A model generated the notes under the pieces. That model ran no database searches and was not told the origin of the DNA. It saw nothing but the letters and a program-made list of their open reading frames with translations. The position numbers and the translations under genes are program-made. From Candidatus Helarchaeota archaeon (GTDB lineage Archaea > Asgardarchaeota > Lokiarchaeia > Helarchaeales > RDOG01), in the NCBI GenBank assembly GCA_019058315.1, contig JAHPZH010000009.1, positions 108,505 through 140,504 on the forward strand: a DNA stretch of 32,000 bases. Reading direction: 5' to 3'. Below are positions 17,425-27,259 of this stretch, piece after piece. The number at the start of each line of letters is the position of its first letter. Within the stretch, counting starts at the first letter, position 1.

Positions 17425-17931
17425 TTGGTTAAAATAGGGATAATTTCCGATACTCATGATAATATTGAAACTGCAAAAAAGGCTGTTCAATATTTCAATT
17501 CAATCAATATAGACTATTGTTTACATGCTGGGGATATTATTGCCCCTTTTATGGCGAACTTAGTTTTTAATGATTTAAAATGTAAAGGAAATTTAATATT
17601 AGTACAAGGTAATAATGATGGGGAAATTACGGGAAATAAACTTAATTTTACTAAGATTGGGAGTAATTTTGCAGGAAATTACTACGTCGGAATAATCGAT
17701 AATAAAAATATATTAATGCAACATGATATTCATCCAAAAATTTTAGAATCTATAGCATCTTCAAATAAATTCGACATTATAATTCATGGACATACTCATT
17801 CCTCAGAGAAAAAAAATATTGGAAATACAATTATCCTCAATCCAGGTGAATGTTGTGGCATTTTAAGTGGAAAAAATACAATTGCGATAATCGATACTGA
17901 AAAGATGGATGCAAAAATCATAACCCTATAA
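17425..17931 (+). CDS. YfcE/MJ0936-type calcineurin-like metallophosphoesterase
   Basis: IISDTHDN, HAGDI, VQGNNDG, MQHD, HGHTH metal-binding motifs; TTG start. Confidence 0.88.
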   Translation: MVKIGIISDTHDNIETAKKAVQYFNSINIDYCLHAGDIIAPFMANLVFNDLKCKGNLILVQGNNDGEITGNKLNFTKIGSNFAGNYYVGIIDNKNILMQHDIHPKILESIASSNKFDIIIHGHTHSSEKKNIGNTIILNPGECCGILSGKNTIAIIDTEKMDAKIITL

Positions 17932-19144
17932 TTTTTTTTGGAGCCTCTAATTTAGCAATAAAAAATCCGGAAGTTTTATGAATATCGGGATAAAATCGTT
18001 GTAAATTATTGTATCTAATATTATTTTCCGTTAGTTCTCCAGGAGAACCTATAAACACATTTTGTTCTTTAATTTTACAATCGAATTTTTCAATCATATA
18101 TTTTATATTCAACTCATTTTCTTCTGGAGAAAATGTACATGTGCTATAAACTATTATTCCACCGGGTTTTACGATTTTTAACGCAATATGGATAAAATAT
18201 TTTTGGTATTTAGCACTATTAATTATATCTTCTTCCGTTTTTGTCTCGTATAACTTTGGTCGAACACCTAAAGCTGAACAAGGAGGATCAATTAAGACTT
18301 TATCAGCAGAATTAGAGAATTCGGAAAGTAAAAGCTTTGAATCTCCAATTCTTGAAGATATATTTTTAATTCCCAAACGATTAGAGTTTTCATTTAATTT
18401 CTCAATTTTATTTTTAGATCTATCAATAGCGATAATTTCTCCTTGATTTTTCATTAATTGAGCAATATGGGTTGATTTACCTCCAATTCCTGCACATAGA
18501 TCCACAATTAATTCATTTTTTTGAGGATTTAATATTCTAGAAGTTAAAATAGAAGGTAAGGCTTGATTATAAAAGAGACCTTCACTAAACAACTGAGTTT
18601 TTTTCAAATTTGGGATAGAGTAGAGAGATTTTATATTTTCGAATATAATTCCTTTTCTAATTTTCCCAAGCTCTTTGTAATCTCTTGTAGCTAAGCCTAT
18701 TGCAATAGGAATTTCAGTTTCACTAAGAATTGTAATTTGTTCTCCTTGTAAGAATTTATCAAATTTTTGAATTCCAGGAATATATAAATCCGAACCACAA
18801 AGAACACTTTCTGAAGCAAATTTATCAATGATTACTTTTTTCTTTAGTATTGGAATTTCATTTGGACCTTTTCTAGGAAGAATAATTGCTTCAGGTACGA
18901 TTTTATGCTGTTTGGCTTTTATTCCTAAATTCTCAAGATTTTTAATTAATTTTTTTGGCGAAATTTTAAGTGTATTTGTTCGAATTGTATAAATTTCACT
19001 AGGAGTCTTTAGAGATTCCAATATTTTTATTGTTCTTTCTTTATATCTTTTCAAAAATCGTTCAATAATACTTTTAGGATAAAGAAATTTTTCAGATAAT
19101 TCTAAAAGCTGACTATTTGGGCTTATTTTCATTAAATACCCCAT
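17918..19144 (-). CDS. NOL1/NOP2/Sun-family RNA m5C methyltransferase with PUA-like insert (NSUN6/archaeal type)
   Basis: VDLCAGIGGKSTHIAQL, VLIDPPCSALGVRPK (catalytic PPC), VYSTCTFSPEEN (TC motif). Confidence 0.9.
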   Translation of the reverse strand: MGYLMKISPNSQLLELSEKFLYPKSIIERFLKRYKERTIKILESLKTPSEIYTIRTNTLKISPKKLIKNLENLGIKAKQHKIVPEAIILPRKGPNEIPILKKKVIIDKFASESVLCGSDLYIPGIQKFDKFLQGEQITILSETEIPIAIGLATRDYKELGKIRKGIIFENIKSLYSIPNLKKTQLFSEGLFYNQALPSILTSRILNPQKNELIVDLCAGIGGKSTHIAQLMKNQGEIIAIDRSKNKIEKLNENSNRLGIKNISSRIGDSKLLLSEFSNSADKVLIDPPCSALGVRPKLYETKTEEDIINSAKYQKYFIHIALKIVKPGGIIVYSTCTFSPEENELNIKYMIEKFDCKIKEQNVFIGSPGELTENNIRYNNLQRFYPDIHKTSGFFIAKLEAPKKIIGL

Positions 19145-19169
19145 ACTTCAATACAAAATTAAAAATTTA

Positions 19170-19829
19170 TTAAAAACCGTGTTTTCCTATTAAAGGAACA
19201 AATGCTACGCCACCTAATTTCTTTCTAATTATTTCAGTAGTAGTCTTTTTTAATAATACCAATTCTTGATATGAATGCTTCTTACCTACAGGCATTATAA
19301 GCATTCCTTCAATATTTAATTGTTCTATTAATGGATTTGGAATTTCAGGTCCCGCAGCTGTTACAATAATCCGATCATAAGGGGCTTCTTCTGGATATCC
19401 GCATGTACCATCACCAAGAATGACCGTTACAGTTTCTCCATACCCATTTCTTTCTAAATTATTTCTAGCAAATTCAGCTAATTCAGGGAGCCGTTCAATA
19501 GTGTAAACATGACCTGGATTCTTAGAGCCTTTAGGTGCAACTAGTTCTGCAAAAAAAGCAGCATTATAGCCACTTCCCCCTCCTATTTCTAAAACTTTTA
19601 ATCCTTCTTCCATATTTAATTTCTCTGCATAAATAAAAGAAATGTGTGGTGCGGAAATTGTTTGCTTATGACCTATGCTAAGAGGTGTGTCGTTATAAGC
19701 ATGATCAACTTGGGATTCGGGTAGAAATTTTTCACGAGGAACATTATTGAACGCTTCAATTACTCTATTCGAAACAGCAGTTTTTGAATGAAGATAACGG
19801 TCCAATAATCTTTTCTTTTTTTCTTCCAA
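19170..19829 (-). CDS. pcm: Protein-L-isoaspartate O-methyltransferase
   Basis: NVPREKFLPES..AYNDTPLSIGHKQTISAPH, LEIGGGSGYNAAF, MPVGKKHSYQELVLL. TTG start. Confidence 0.95.
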   Translation of the reverse strand: MEEKKKRLLDRYLHSKTAVSNRVIEAFNNVPREKFLPESQVDHAYNDTPLSIGHKQTISAPHISFIYAEKLNMEEGLKVLEIGGGSGYNAAFFAELVAPKGSKNPGHVYTIERLPELAEFARNNLERNGYGETVTVILGDGTCGYPEEAPYDRIIVTAAGPEIPNPLIEQLNIEGMLIMPVGKKHSYQELVLLKKTTTEIIRKKLGGVAFVPLIGKHGF

Positions 19830-19973
19830 TTCAGCTCTACCTCGACTTTCTACCTCTTAAAAACATAACATTATGAGTTTAAAAAAAGATACGTTCACAT
19901 GTATTGGATAAATACTAATTTATTTTTAAAAATTATAAAAGATTATCAAATTTTCTTAAATTAATTAGAGATT

Positions 19974-20411
19974 TTGCGGTGGCGATTTTTGACTATAATT
20001 GAAGAGATTAAAGCATTAGGACACCAAAATATAATTGGAACGCATAAAACTACTTTTGAAATAACAAAAGAGAAAAATTTGACAAAAAGAGGAAATTGTA
20101 TAATTGGAATATTGGCAAATAAAGGAATAGTAGATTTATCTCAAAGATTTAAGGATATAGCAAAGACAGACATAAAAATTAAATGCGTTCTAATTGTAAA
20201 AGATATTAAAGAAGAAATTTTAGGCTACGGACATCGTTCACTCACATTTTCACATCCTACAGATATCGTAATCAGAAAGAGTAATTACAAATGCTCTCGT
20301 ACATTAATGATAGGAGCGAATAAGAGCGCAAGCGATTTGGATAGAAATTTTATCAAATTATTAAAAAATCCTGAAACTCAACTTAAAATTAAATTTATTA
20401 TTAATAGTTAA
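19974..20411 (+). CDS. DUF371 family protein
   Basis: ALGHQNIIGTHKTTFEITKEKNLTKRGNCIIGI...GYGHRSLTFSHPTDIVIRKS; actual start probably a few codons downstream. Confidence 0.8.
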   Translation: MRWRFLTIIEEIKALGHQNIIGTHKTTFEITKEKNLTKRGNCIIGILANKGIVDLSQRFKDIAKTDIKIKCVLIVKDIKEEILGYGHRSLTFSHPTDIVIRKSNYKCSRTLMIGANKSASDLDRNFIKLLKNPETQLKIKFIINS

Positions 20412-21481
20412 ATCTTATCTATATCAATATCAATACAAATTTGCCATTCATGAGGGGCTGTAGATTTCACTTTTCTAAATTTTAAATTTGAGATTGTCCT
20501 TTTACTTTTTATAATATCAGTCCTTAATTTCGTTTCAATTTTTTTATTGGTATCTGATTCAGTCTGAAAATGATAGAAATGGATAATACCGCCTTTTGAC
20601 TTCAAAGCTTTACAAGCTATTGGCAGATAATTAAAAGATTTTGTAGGAAGATTCATAATTATTCGATCAAATTTATTCTCTAGAGATTCTAAAATTATCT
20701 TTTCTGCATCACCCAATATAGGAACTACAAGATTTTCTACTTTATTTAAAATGATATTCCTCTTAAGAAAATTTATTGCATCTTCATTTTTATCAATGGA
20801 ATAGACCTTTGCTCCTTTTCTTTTTGCTATTAAAATTGAAAATGGTCCAATTCCAGCAAACATATCAAGGATTAATTCATTTGAATTTGTCATATCCGCA
20901 ATTCTAGCATGCTCTGTACCTAATCTAGGACTAAAATAGACTTTTTTTATATCTAATTCATAACGACATCCATTTTCTTTATGTAATGTTAATGTATTAT
21001 TGATTCCTGCTAGAAATTCTAATTCTCTTATTCTGAATTCTCCATTGACTTTTCCAATTTTTGCAAAAACAGATTCTAAAGATTTATTATATTCCAATAA
21101 TAATTTCGCTAGTAATTTCTCTTTAGATTGGATATCATTGGGTATTTCCAATATGGCGATTTTTCCAATAATATCGAATGATTTGGGAATAAATTTTAAT
21201 TCATTTTGATCAAAATGTTTAGCCAAATTTTCTAAAAATTTGCTTTGCTCACTTTTTTCTCTTGATTTAAAATCATTTTCTATAAATTGTGCTGTATTGA
21301 AGTTCTTTAATATATTAGATTTCTCAGTACTACCTAATTTTTTAAGAATAGGAAAGTGAATTTTATCTTCTTCAACTTTAATTATTTTACTCTTATCTAA
21401 TATTTCGAGTTCAATCAGAAGTTTTCTTAGTTTTTCCCCTTGTTTTTTATTTATACACACACAAGGTGACAAATTTCCCAT
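20408..21481 (-). CDS. trm5: tRNA (guanine37-N1) methyltransferase Trm5 family (start corrected)
   Basis: MGNLSPCVCINKKQGEKLRKLLIELEILDKS N-terminus; DMFAGIGPFSILIAK motif; NLPTKSFNYL. The ORF-track start (21538) lies inside a tRNA gene; ATG at 21481 clears it. Confidence 0.88.
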   Translation of the reverse strand: MGNLSPCVCINKKQGEKLRKLLIELEILDKSKIIKVEEDKIHFPILKKLGSTEKSNILKNFNTAQFIENDFKSREKSEQSKFLENLAKHFDQNELKFIPKSFDIIGKIAILEIPNDIQSKEKLLAKLLLEYNKSLESVFAKIGKVNGEFRIRELEFLAGINNTLTLHKENGCRYELDIKKVYFSPRLGTEHARIADMTNSNELILDMFAGIGPFSILIAKRKGAKVYSIDKNEDAINFLKRNIILNKVENLVVPILGDAEKIILESLENKFDRIIMNLPTKSFNYLPIACKALKSKGGIIHFYHFQTESDTNKKIETKLRTDIIKSKRTISNLKFRKVKSTAPHEWQICIDIDIDKI

Positions 21482-21504
21482 ATATGCACCATAAAGAATT
21501 AAGA

Positions 21505-21612
21505 TGGCGGACCCGGGGGGAATTTCGCCCAACTGCATATATCAATTGGGATTCGAACCCTCGATGTCCAACTTAGAAGGCTGGTGGTCTATCCTGGCTA
21601 ACCTACGGGTCC
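21505..21612 (-). tRNA. trnR(ucu): tRNA-Arg(UCU), intron-containing, CCA encoded
   Basis: Manual fold: acceptor GGACCCG/CGGGTCC; D-stem GGTT/GACC; anticodon stem CCAGC/GTTGG with loop CTTCTAA (anticodon TCT); variable loop ACATC; T-stem GAGGG/CCCCC with T-loop TTCGAAT only after removing 30 nt; discriminator G then CCA. Confidence 0.93.
21522..21551 (-). other. BHB tRNA intron, 30 nt, in the T-loop at position 59/60
   Basis: Minus strand: GAGGG-TTCG-[AA|T]-CCCAATTG-ATATATG-CAGTTGGG-CGAA-[AT|T]-CCCCC. Outer helix = T-stem, central helix TTCG/CGAA, 3-nt bulges AAT and ATT, inner helix 8 bp with one T.G pair. Confidence 0.9.
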
Positions 21613-21636
21613 TTGAATTCCATTATGCTATTCCAT

Positions 21637-21648
21637 AATATAAAATTT
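21637..21648 (-). promoter_or_regulatory. Predicted archaeal TATA box/BRE for the tRNA-Arg gene
   Basis: Minus strand reads GAAATTTTATATT, i.e. TTTATATT preceded by a GAAA purine-rich BRE-like stretch, about 25-32 nt upstream of the tRNA 5' end. Confidence 0.45.
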
Positions 21649-21727
21649 CTGAATTAATTATTAGATAATATTAAATTAAAAATGATATTTTAAAAATTCT
21701 AATATGGAAAAATTTAGATGATATTAC

Positions 21728-22387
21728 ATGAAACATGAGAAAATTTTACATGATGCAGCAAAAGATTTACAATTTTTATTAAATAGGGGATATAATAAAA
21801 AAGGCGCTCTTAAATTGGTTGGAGATAGATATATTTTGAATAAAAATGAACGTCATATTTTATTTAGAGCAATTTTTTCTGAAAATGATATAAAAAATAG
21901 GGAGAAAAAGAAATTATCACAAGATCAATTAAAAGATCAAATTCTTTCGATTGATGGCTACAATGTCTTAATTACTTTAGAAAATATGTTGAAGAATAAG
22001 ATTTTAATCATAGCAGCTGACGGTTTTTTTCGAGATGCTTCAAAAATTTCGAAAAGATATAAAAAATCAGAAAAAACTGATTTAGCCATTAAATTAATAT
22101 TTGAAAAATTAGTAAATTTAGCCCCAAAATATATTTATATTTTCTTTGATAAGCCAATTAGTAAAAGTGGCGAACTTACAGCATTGATAAATGAAAAGAT
22201 TTCCGAATTTAAATTAAAAGGAATTGCCAAGGCTGTAAATAGTCCAGACCATGAAATATTAAAACAAGGAGAGACTGTAATTAGCGCAGATAGCTTAATC
22301 TTAGATAAAGGAAAAACAATTTTTGATTTAGCTGGTTCAATTATCAAAGAGCAAGCATATCAAAATATCATTTCATTCTTACAATGA
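21728..22387 (+). CDS. DUF434 domain protein
   Basis: AAKDLQFLLNRGYNKKGALKLVGDRYILNKNERHILFRAIF...LSIDGYNVLITLE...DGFFRDAS pattern. Confidence 0.75.
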   Translation: MKHEKILHDAAKDLQFLLNRGYNKKGALKLVGDRYILNKNERHILFRAIFSENDIKNREKKKLSQDQLKDQILSIDGYNVLITLENMLKNKILIIAADGFFRDASKISKRYKKSEKTDLAIKLIFEKLVNLAPKYIYIFFDKPISKSGELTALINEKISEFKLKGIAKAVNSPDHEILKQGETVISADSLILDKGKTIFDLAGSIIKEQAYQNIISFLQ

Positions 22388-22441
22388 AGTAAAAGATATA
22401 ACTTCAATAACCATAAAATAAATATTTTTAAAAGAAATTAT

Positions 22442-23527
22442 TTGAATAAAGAAAGTTTGGTTATTTCATTGGATAAATTAAAGAAGTATAATAAATATGG
22501 TATAGAAATTATATCTATTCTAAAATTAAGAAATAAATTTGTTCAACAATGCATCCAAGATTTTCAAATTTCTAAAACAGGGATAGTTTGGAGTTCTCTA
22601 ATAGCACCTTCATTAATAATAAGTTTAATTCTAAGCAGAGAATTCGAACAAAATGAAAAAAAGAGAATTTATGCAAATTGTCTAGTTGATTTATGCCATT
22701 TATTCTTTGCCTTAGAAGATAGAATTAGAGACCAACAAGTAACAAAACAAAATGAAATTGAAAGATATGAAAACACAAAAAGGGTTTTTAAATGCACATT
22801 TAGAAAAATTTTAAATAATTCATATTCAGAAGATCTAATTTCGGAAAAAATGAGAAATTTCTTTGAACCTTTCTTGGATAATTTAAATCGTTATGCCGAA
22901 CGGGTAGTTTATCCTAAAGATGAATCAGTTAAAGTTGAAAATCTCATTGATAGGATTGTAACTGAAAAAATTTCTGGCCTATTTACTAGCAATGACATTA
23001 TTGAAGTTCATAAAACAAAATTCGGAAATTTTTTTCGTGGTATGGGATATTTTCTCTATAAATTTTATGAGTTGAATTTTAAAAACAAAAAAGCTTACTT
23101 TGACTTATTCTTTTATATTGGAATGCTTGCACAATTGGTAGATGATTTAAGAGATTTATTTTGGCAAGATATCGAGATTGAACAGCCAAACATTGTAATG
23201 GCTTTAGTTTTGCATGAAAACTGGAATACTGAAGGACCAAAATTCATTAACCTTATAAAAAATAAAAATAATCAAAATTACAATTTAATTAACGAATTAG
23301 AAAATAACATAAAAAAAGTAAGAAAAGGAGAAATTAGTATATTTGATTTTTATGGATTGATATTTCCAAATACTTATCAATCCATAACAAAAATTGTGCA
23401 GAATATCAAAGAGAATATTAAATCTAGCCTTAAATCATTAGATATAAAAATAATTAACGCTGAAGAAATTGTCGAGATTTATGGATTTATTATTGCATAT
23501 ATTAAAAATATGATGGTAAAAAAATAA
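22442..23527 (+). CDS. Divergent all-alpha protein, possible class I isoprenoid-synthase fold
   Basis: 361 aa nearly all helical; LVDLCHLFFALEDRIRDQQ and IGMLAQLVDDLRDLFWQD resemble the first and second Asp-rich regions of trans-prenyltransferases (second is an exact DDxxD). Confidence 0.4.
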   Translation: MNKESLVISLDKLKKYNKYGIEIISILKLRNKFVQQCIQDFQISKTGIVWSSLIAPSLIISLILSREFEQNEKKRIYANCLVDLCHLFFALEDRIRDQQVTKQNEIERYENTKRVFKCTFRKILNNSYSEDLISEKMRNFFEPFLDNLNRYAERVVYPKDESVKVENLIDRIVTEKISGLFTSNDIIEVHKTKFGNFFRGMGYFLYKFYELNFKNKKAYFDLFFYIGMLAQLVDDLRDLFWQDIEIEQPNIVMALVLHENWNTEGPKFINLIKNKNNQNYNLINELENNIKKVRKGEISIFDFYGLIFPNTYQSITKIVQNIKENIKSSLKSLDIKIINAEEIVEIYGFIIAYIKNMMVKK

Positions 23528-23528
23528 T

Positions 23529-26324
23529 TTAAGAATTAATTTGTTTTTTTATAATTTCTAAACATTTATTTCGTATCTTTTGAACATTTTCCAAGGGCAT
23601 TCCTCCGCCTTGTGCCATTTCTACTTTTCCTCCACCTCCCCCGCCTAAAATTTTTGCTAATTCTTTCATTATTTTCCCAGCATGAATTCCTGTTGATTGA
23701 GCTTTGGATCCAGCAATTATTAAAGTATTAACTTTTTCATTTAGAGTGGTAACCAAAATTCCAATAATATCATTACTTATTGAAATCAATGCATTCCCAA
23801 TTTCAATTAAATCATCTACAGTTTTGTTATCAAAGACTTTGTGAACTATTTTAATTCCTTTATATGAATCGGCACTATTAAATAGTTGCTCGGCGAGTAA
23901 TAAAGATAATTCTTTTCTCAAACGCTCGCTTTCTTTTAATGCATCCTTCCAATCATTAAAGAAACGTTTTGTTACTGATGGTACTTCTTTCTTCCCTATA
24001 TTAAACATTTGAGCTGTTTGTTCTAATATTTTTTCTAATTCTTGATTATATTTAACTGCTGCTTTTCCAGCCATATATTCTAGACGCACTATTCCGTCTT
24101 GAATTCTTTTTGAGCCAATCATTTTGATGGATCCAACTTCATTAGTGTTATCAAGATGTGTTCCTCCGCAAGCTTCAACATCAAAATCACCTATATTAAC
24201 TATTTTTAAGTTTTTACCGGGAACTGCTCCTCCTTGATAGATAGTGAAGCCAAAGCTCGATTCTGCTTGATTTCTAGGCATTTGCTCTTTGTGTAAATCA
24301 ATATTTTTCAGAACTAAATCATTCGCAACTTTTTCAATTTCCCATAATTCTTCCTTACTAACAGCTTTATAATGAGAAATATCCAGATGTGCTCGTTCAG
24401 GAGTTTTTTCCGTTCCTCCTTGCCACACATGGTTTCCTAAAACTTGTCTTGCTGCATAATTTACAATATGTGTTGCTGTATGATGACGCATTAAAGCAAT
24501 TCGCCTATCCCAATCGATTTTTCCACTAATTTTTTGACCGATTATTAAAGAAGAATTTTTACTTTTTAATTCATGAACAATTACATTTCCGACTTTTTCG
24601 ACATTTTTTACAACCTCATCTTCTATTATACCAGTATCATGAAGTTGACCTCCACTAGTCGGATAAAATAAAGTCTTATCTAAAACTACGTATTTATCAT
24701 TGACGATTTTAAGAATCTTTGCATTAAAATCTGAATTATAAGAGCCTTGATCATATAATTGAATTGTTGCTGGTAAATTATCAAATTTTCCTTTAAGTTT
24801 ATCCTCTAAAGTTTCAATTTTTGATACTATTTCGGATTTAACTCGTTTTTCACCCAGTGTTACATAAAAATCACCTGGCACATCAACCTTAAGCTTTTGT
24901 TCTTGAGCGATTTCTTGAACTAATTCAGGTGGTATTCCGTGAGATTCATATAACTCAATAAATTTATCTATTCCAATCTTTTTCTTTTCTTTTAAAAGCT
25001 TTGTAACATAATTTACTCCTTTTCTTCTTGATTCTTGGAATCTATCTTGTTCTACTTTAATTATATCTTCGATAATGTTATTTGCACTTTCTAAACGGTC
25101 GTAAGTTCGATTAAAATATTCAATTAACTCATAACCTAATTCAATTAAGTCTAAATTTAAATTGTAAATTTTATTCAGACTTATAGCACGTCTTAAAATA
25201 ATCCGAAGATTGTAGCCACCACCTACATTAGATGGAAATGCACCATCTGCTACTGCAAATATAAGAGTACGCATATGATCTGTTATAGCATAAGCAGCTT
25301 CAAGAGGACCTAACTGAGATTCTATCTCATTATATGATAAACCTAATTCTGAAGCTACTTTTTTCCGGGCTTTTTCAATATCTTCTACTTCATCTACATT
25401 AAGTAGCCCAGATATTACAGCGTAACGCGACATTAACTCCTTATCAACTTTAATATCCGACTTTTTTCTTACATTTTCAAAAACTGGCCCAAATGTCGCT
25501 TCATAAATAGTTGGGGTGCCTAAAGCAAACCAACCTATTCGTTCCATTCCCCAACCAACATCTACAACTGTCATATCCATTTGCCGATAACTTTGATCAG
25601 GAAGAACTTCATACTGCATAAAAACACTGTTTACAATCTCTAATCCTTTGGCAAAAGATTCTAAACAAGGTCCAAAATTTCCTCCGCCTAACCATATATC
25701 TTCACGAAGTGTAATTTCCATCGGATCAATTTTTAAAACATCTGTCAGAAATTTAAAATCCAGTTCAATGCACCTATCCATCCAATATCCTTTTAATTTC
25801 AATTTTTTATTATTAAACGAATGTTGTCCTCCCATAATAAAAGAAGTAAGGTGGCGGCCTGTTTTTCCTACATTATCAATGTCATTGAATCCTTTTCCTC
25901 CAAATCTTATACATGGTTGAGGAATGACTAAAGGATTAGCAGGAGGCAGAATCGTACCATTCAATACGTGAGGTTGAAAACAAGTGATGGAAGCAAGCGT
26001 GAAAAAAAGATCATTTCTCCATCGGGCTACAACAGGATATTCTTTAATTCTTTTATGATCATATTTTACAAAAAATTCCGACCATTTTTTTATTGTATCA
26101 TGAAAATCCCATGCTCCTTTAACGGATTTTCCAATGAATTGATAACCTCCTACACACTTGGTATCCCCACAAATCTCTAAATCAGTATTCAAAGTCCAAA
26201 AATAATCTCCACAAATTTTACACTGTTTTCTCTGAAAACCTAATTCATCGAATAGCATAACTTTATACTTTTCGGGACCAAATATTTCTCTTAGCTTATT
26301 TTTATCCAACGACATTGAAATCAT
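23529..26324 (-). CDS. alaS: Alanyl-tRNA synthetase
   Basis: FTLASITCFQPHV, MTVVDVGWGMERIGWF, RHHTATHIVNYAARQVLG, IVNIGDFDVEACGGTH; C-Ala GGGGGGKVEMAQGGG. Confidence 0.97.
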   Translation of the reverse strand: MISMSLDKNKLREIFGPEKYKVMLFDELGFQRKQCKICGDYFWTLNTDLEICGDTKCVGGYQFIGKSVKGAWDFHDTIKKWSEFFVKYDHKRIKEYPVVARWRNDLFFTLASITCFQPHVLNGTILPPANPLVIPQPCIRFGGKGFNDIDNVGKTGRHLTSFIMGGQHSFNNKKLKLKGYWMDRCIELDFKFLTDVLKIDPMEITLREDIWLGGGNFGPCLESFAKGLEIVNSVFMQYEVLPDQSYRQMDMTVVDVGWGMERIGWFALGTPTIYEATFGPVFENVRKKSDIKVDKELMSRYAVISGLLNVDEVEDIEKARKKVASELGLSYNEIESQLGPLEAAYAITDHMRTLIFAVADGAFPSNVGGGYNLRIILRRAISLNKIYNLNLDLIELGYELIEYFNRTYDRLESANNIIEDIIKVEQDRFQESRRKGVNYVTKLLKEKKKIGIDKFIELYESHGIPPELVQEIAQEQKLKVDVPGDFYVTLGEKRVKSEIVSKIETLEDKLKGKFDNLPATIQLYDQGSYNSDFNAKILKIVNDKYVVLDKTLFYPTSGGQLHDTGIIEDEVVKNVEKVGNVIVHELKSKNSSLIIGQKISGKIDWDRRIALMRHHTATHIVNYAARQVLGNHVWQGGTEKTPERAHLDISHYKAVSKEELWEIEKVANDLVLKNIDLHKEQMPRNQAESSFGFTIYQGGAVPGKNLKIVNIGDFDVEACGGTHLDNTNEVGSIKMIGSKRIQDGIVRLEYMAGKAAVKYNQELEKILEQTAQMFNIGKKEVPSVTKRFFNDWKDALKESERLRKELSLLLAEQLFNSADSYKGIKIVHKVFDNKTVDDLIEIGNALISISNDIIGILVTTLNEKVNTLIIAGSKAQSTGIHAGKIMKELAKILGGGGGGKVEMAQGGGMPLENVQKIRNKCLEIIKKQINS

Positions 26325-26536
26325 AACTCTAATATTTTTAAATCAAATAAAAGTAAATTCACAAATAATTAGATCATTCTTACTATATTCTAATTTAATA
26401 ACTACGTTATATTTATTTAATTAACTGATTAATCTAAATATTTTCTTTAATGATTTACACATAAGCAATAATTTTTGTAATTATTAAATCGTTTTTTATG
26501 TAACAATTTCTTTTTATTTGGTAAAAGGATAATAAT

Positions 26537-27259
26537 TTGATTAAAAAATTTGTTTTGGAGGACCTTAACCCAATGAGGATTGTAATTAAAGTTGGTGGAT
26601 CTCTAATCCAAGATAAAAATGGAAAAATTCGAATTAAATATTTAAAGGAATTAGTGAAAATTTTAAAAAAAATCAAGGAAAATAATGAAATAGCAATAAT
26701 TGTTGGAGGAGGAAAGAGTGCACGAATTTATATCACTGCCGCAAGAGAATTGGGTGCACCAGAAGCACTTTCTGATGAAATAGGTATCGAAATTGCTAAA
26801 ATTCATGCCAGACTCTTAATTTCGGCATTAGGTGAGGTAGCTTACCCTAAAACATTCGAATCGCTTTCTGAGGCTGTTTCTGCATTTCAAAGTGGTAAAA
26901 TTATTATATTAGGAGGATTACAACCTGGTCAATCCACTAATGCAGTTGCGAGTTTACTAGCTGAACGATTAAATGCTGATTTATTAATTAATGCAACTGA
27001 TGTGGCTGGAGTTTATACAGCGGACCCCAAAAAAGATCCATCAGCTAAAAAAATTGATGAATTAAATATTTCAGATTTTACAAAAATGGTTAGATTAGAA
27101 AAAGCTAAAGCGGGGGAATATTCTTTATTCGATTATGTTGCTTATTTAATTATAAAAAGATCAAAAGTTCCTATTATTTTCATTTCTGGAGAAGATCCAA
27201 AAAATATTTTAAAAATTGTCAATGGTGAAAAATTAGGAACAAAAATAGTTTATGATTAA
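26537..27259 (+). CDS. pyrH: Archaeal uridylate kinase (amino acid kinase family)
   Basis: IVIKVGGSLI, IIVGGGKSARIYITAARELGA, LINATDVAGVYTADPKKDPSAKKID, GEDPKNILKIVNGEKLGT. Start probably MRIVIKVGG. Confidence 0.85.
   Translation: MIKKFVLEDLNPMRIVIKVGGSLIQDKNGKIRIKYLKELVKILKKIKENNEIAIIVGGGKSARIYITAARELGAPEALSDEIGIEIAKIHARLLISALGEVAYPKTFESLSEAVSAFQSGKIIILGGLQPGQSTNAVASLLAERLNADLLINATDVAGVYTADPKKDPSAKKIDELNISDFTKMVRLEKAKAGEYSLFDYVAYLIIKRSKVPIIFISGEDPKNILKIVNGEKLGTKIVYD

Noticed and set aside
25648-26180. + strand ORFs antisense to alaS (25648..25920, 25968..26180)
   Set aside because: Shadow ORFs of alaS.
26455-26676. Minus-strand ORF overlapping the pyrH start
   Set aside because: Overlaps the conserved kinase P-loop region on the opposite strand with no homology features.
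26537-27259. Amino acid kinase as isopentenyl phosphate kinase linked to the isoprenoid-synthase-like gene
   Set aside because: Motifs (TDVAGVYTADPKKDPSAKKID, GEDPKNILKIVNGEKLGT) fit archaeal UMP kinase better, and the two genes are separated by alaS on the opposite strand.
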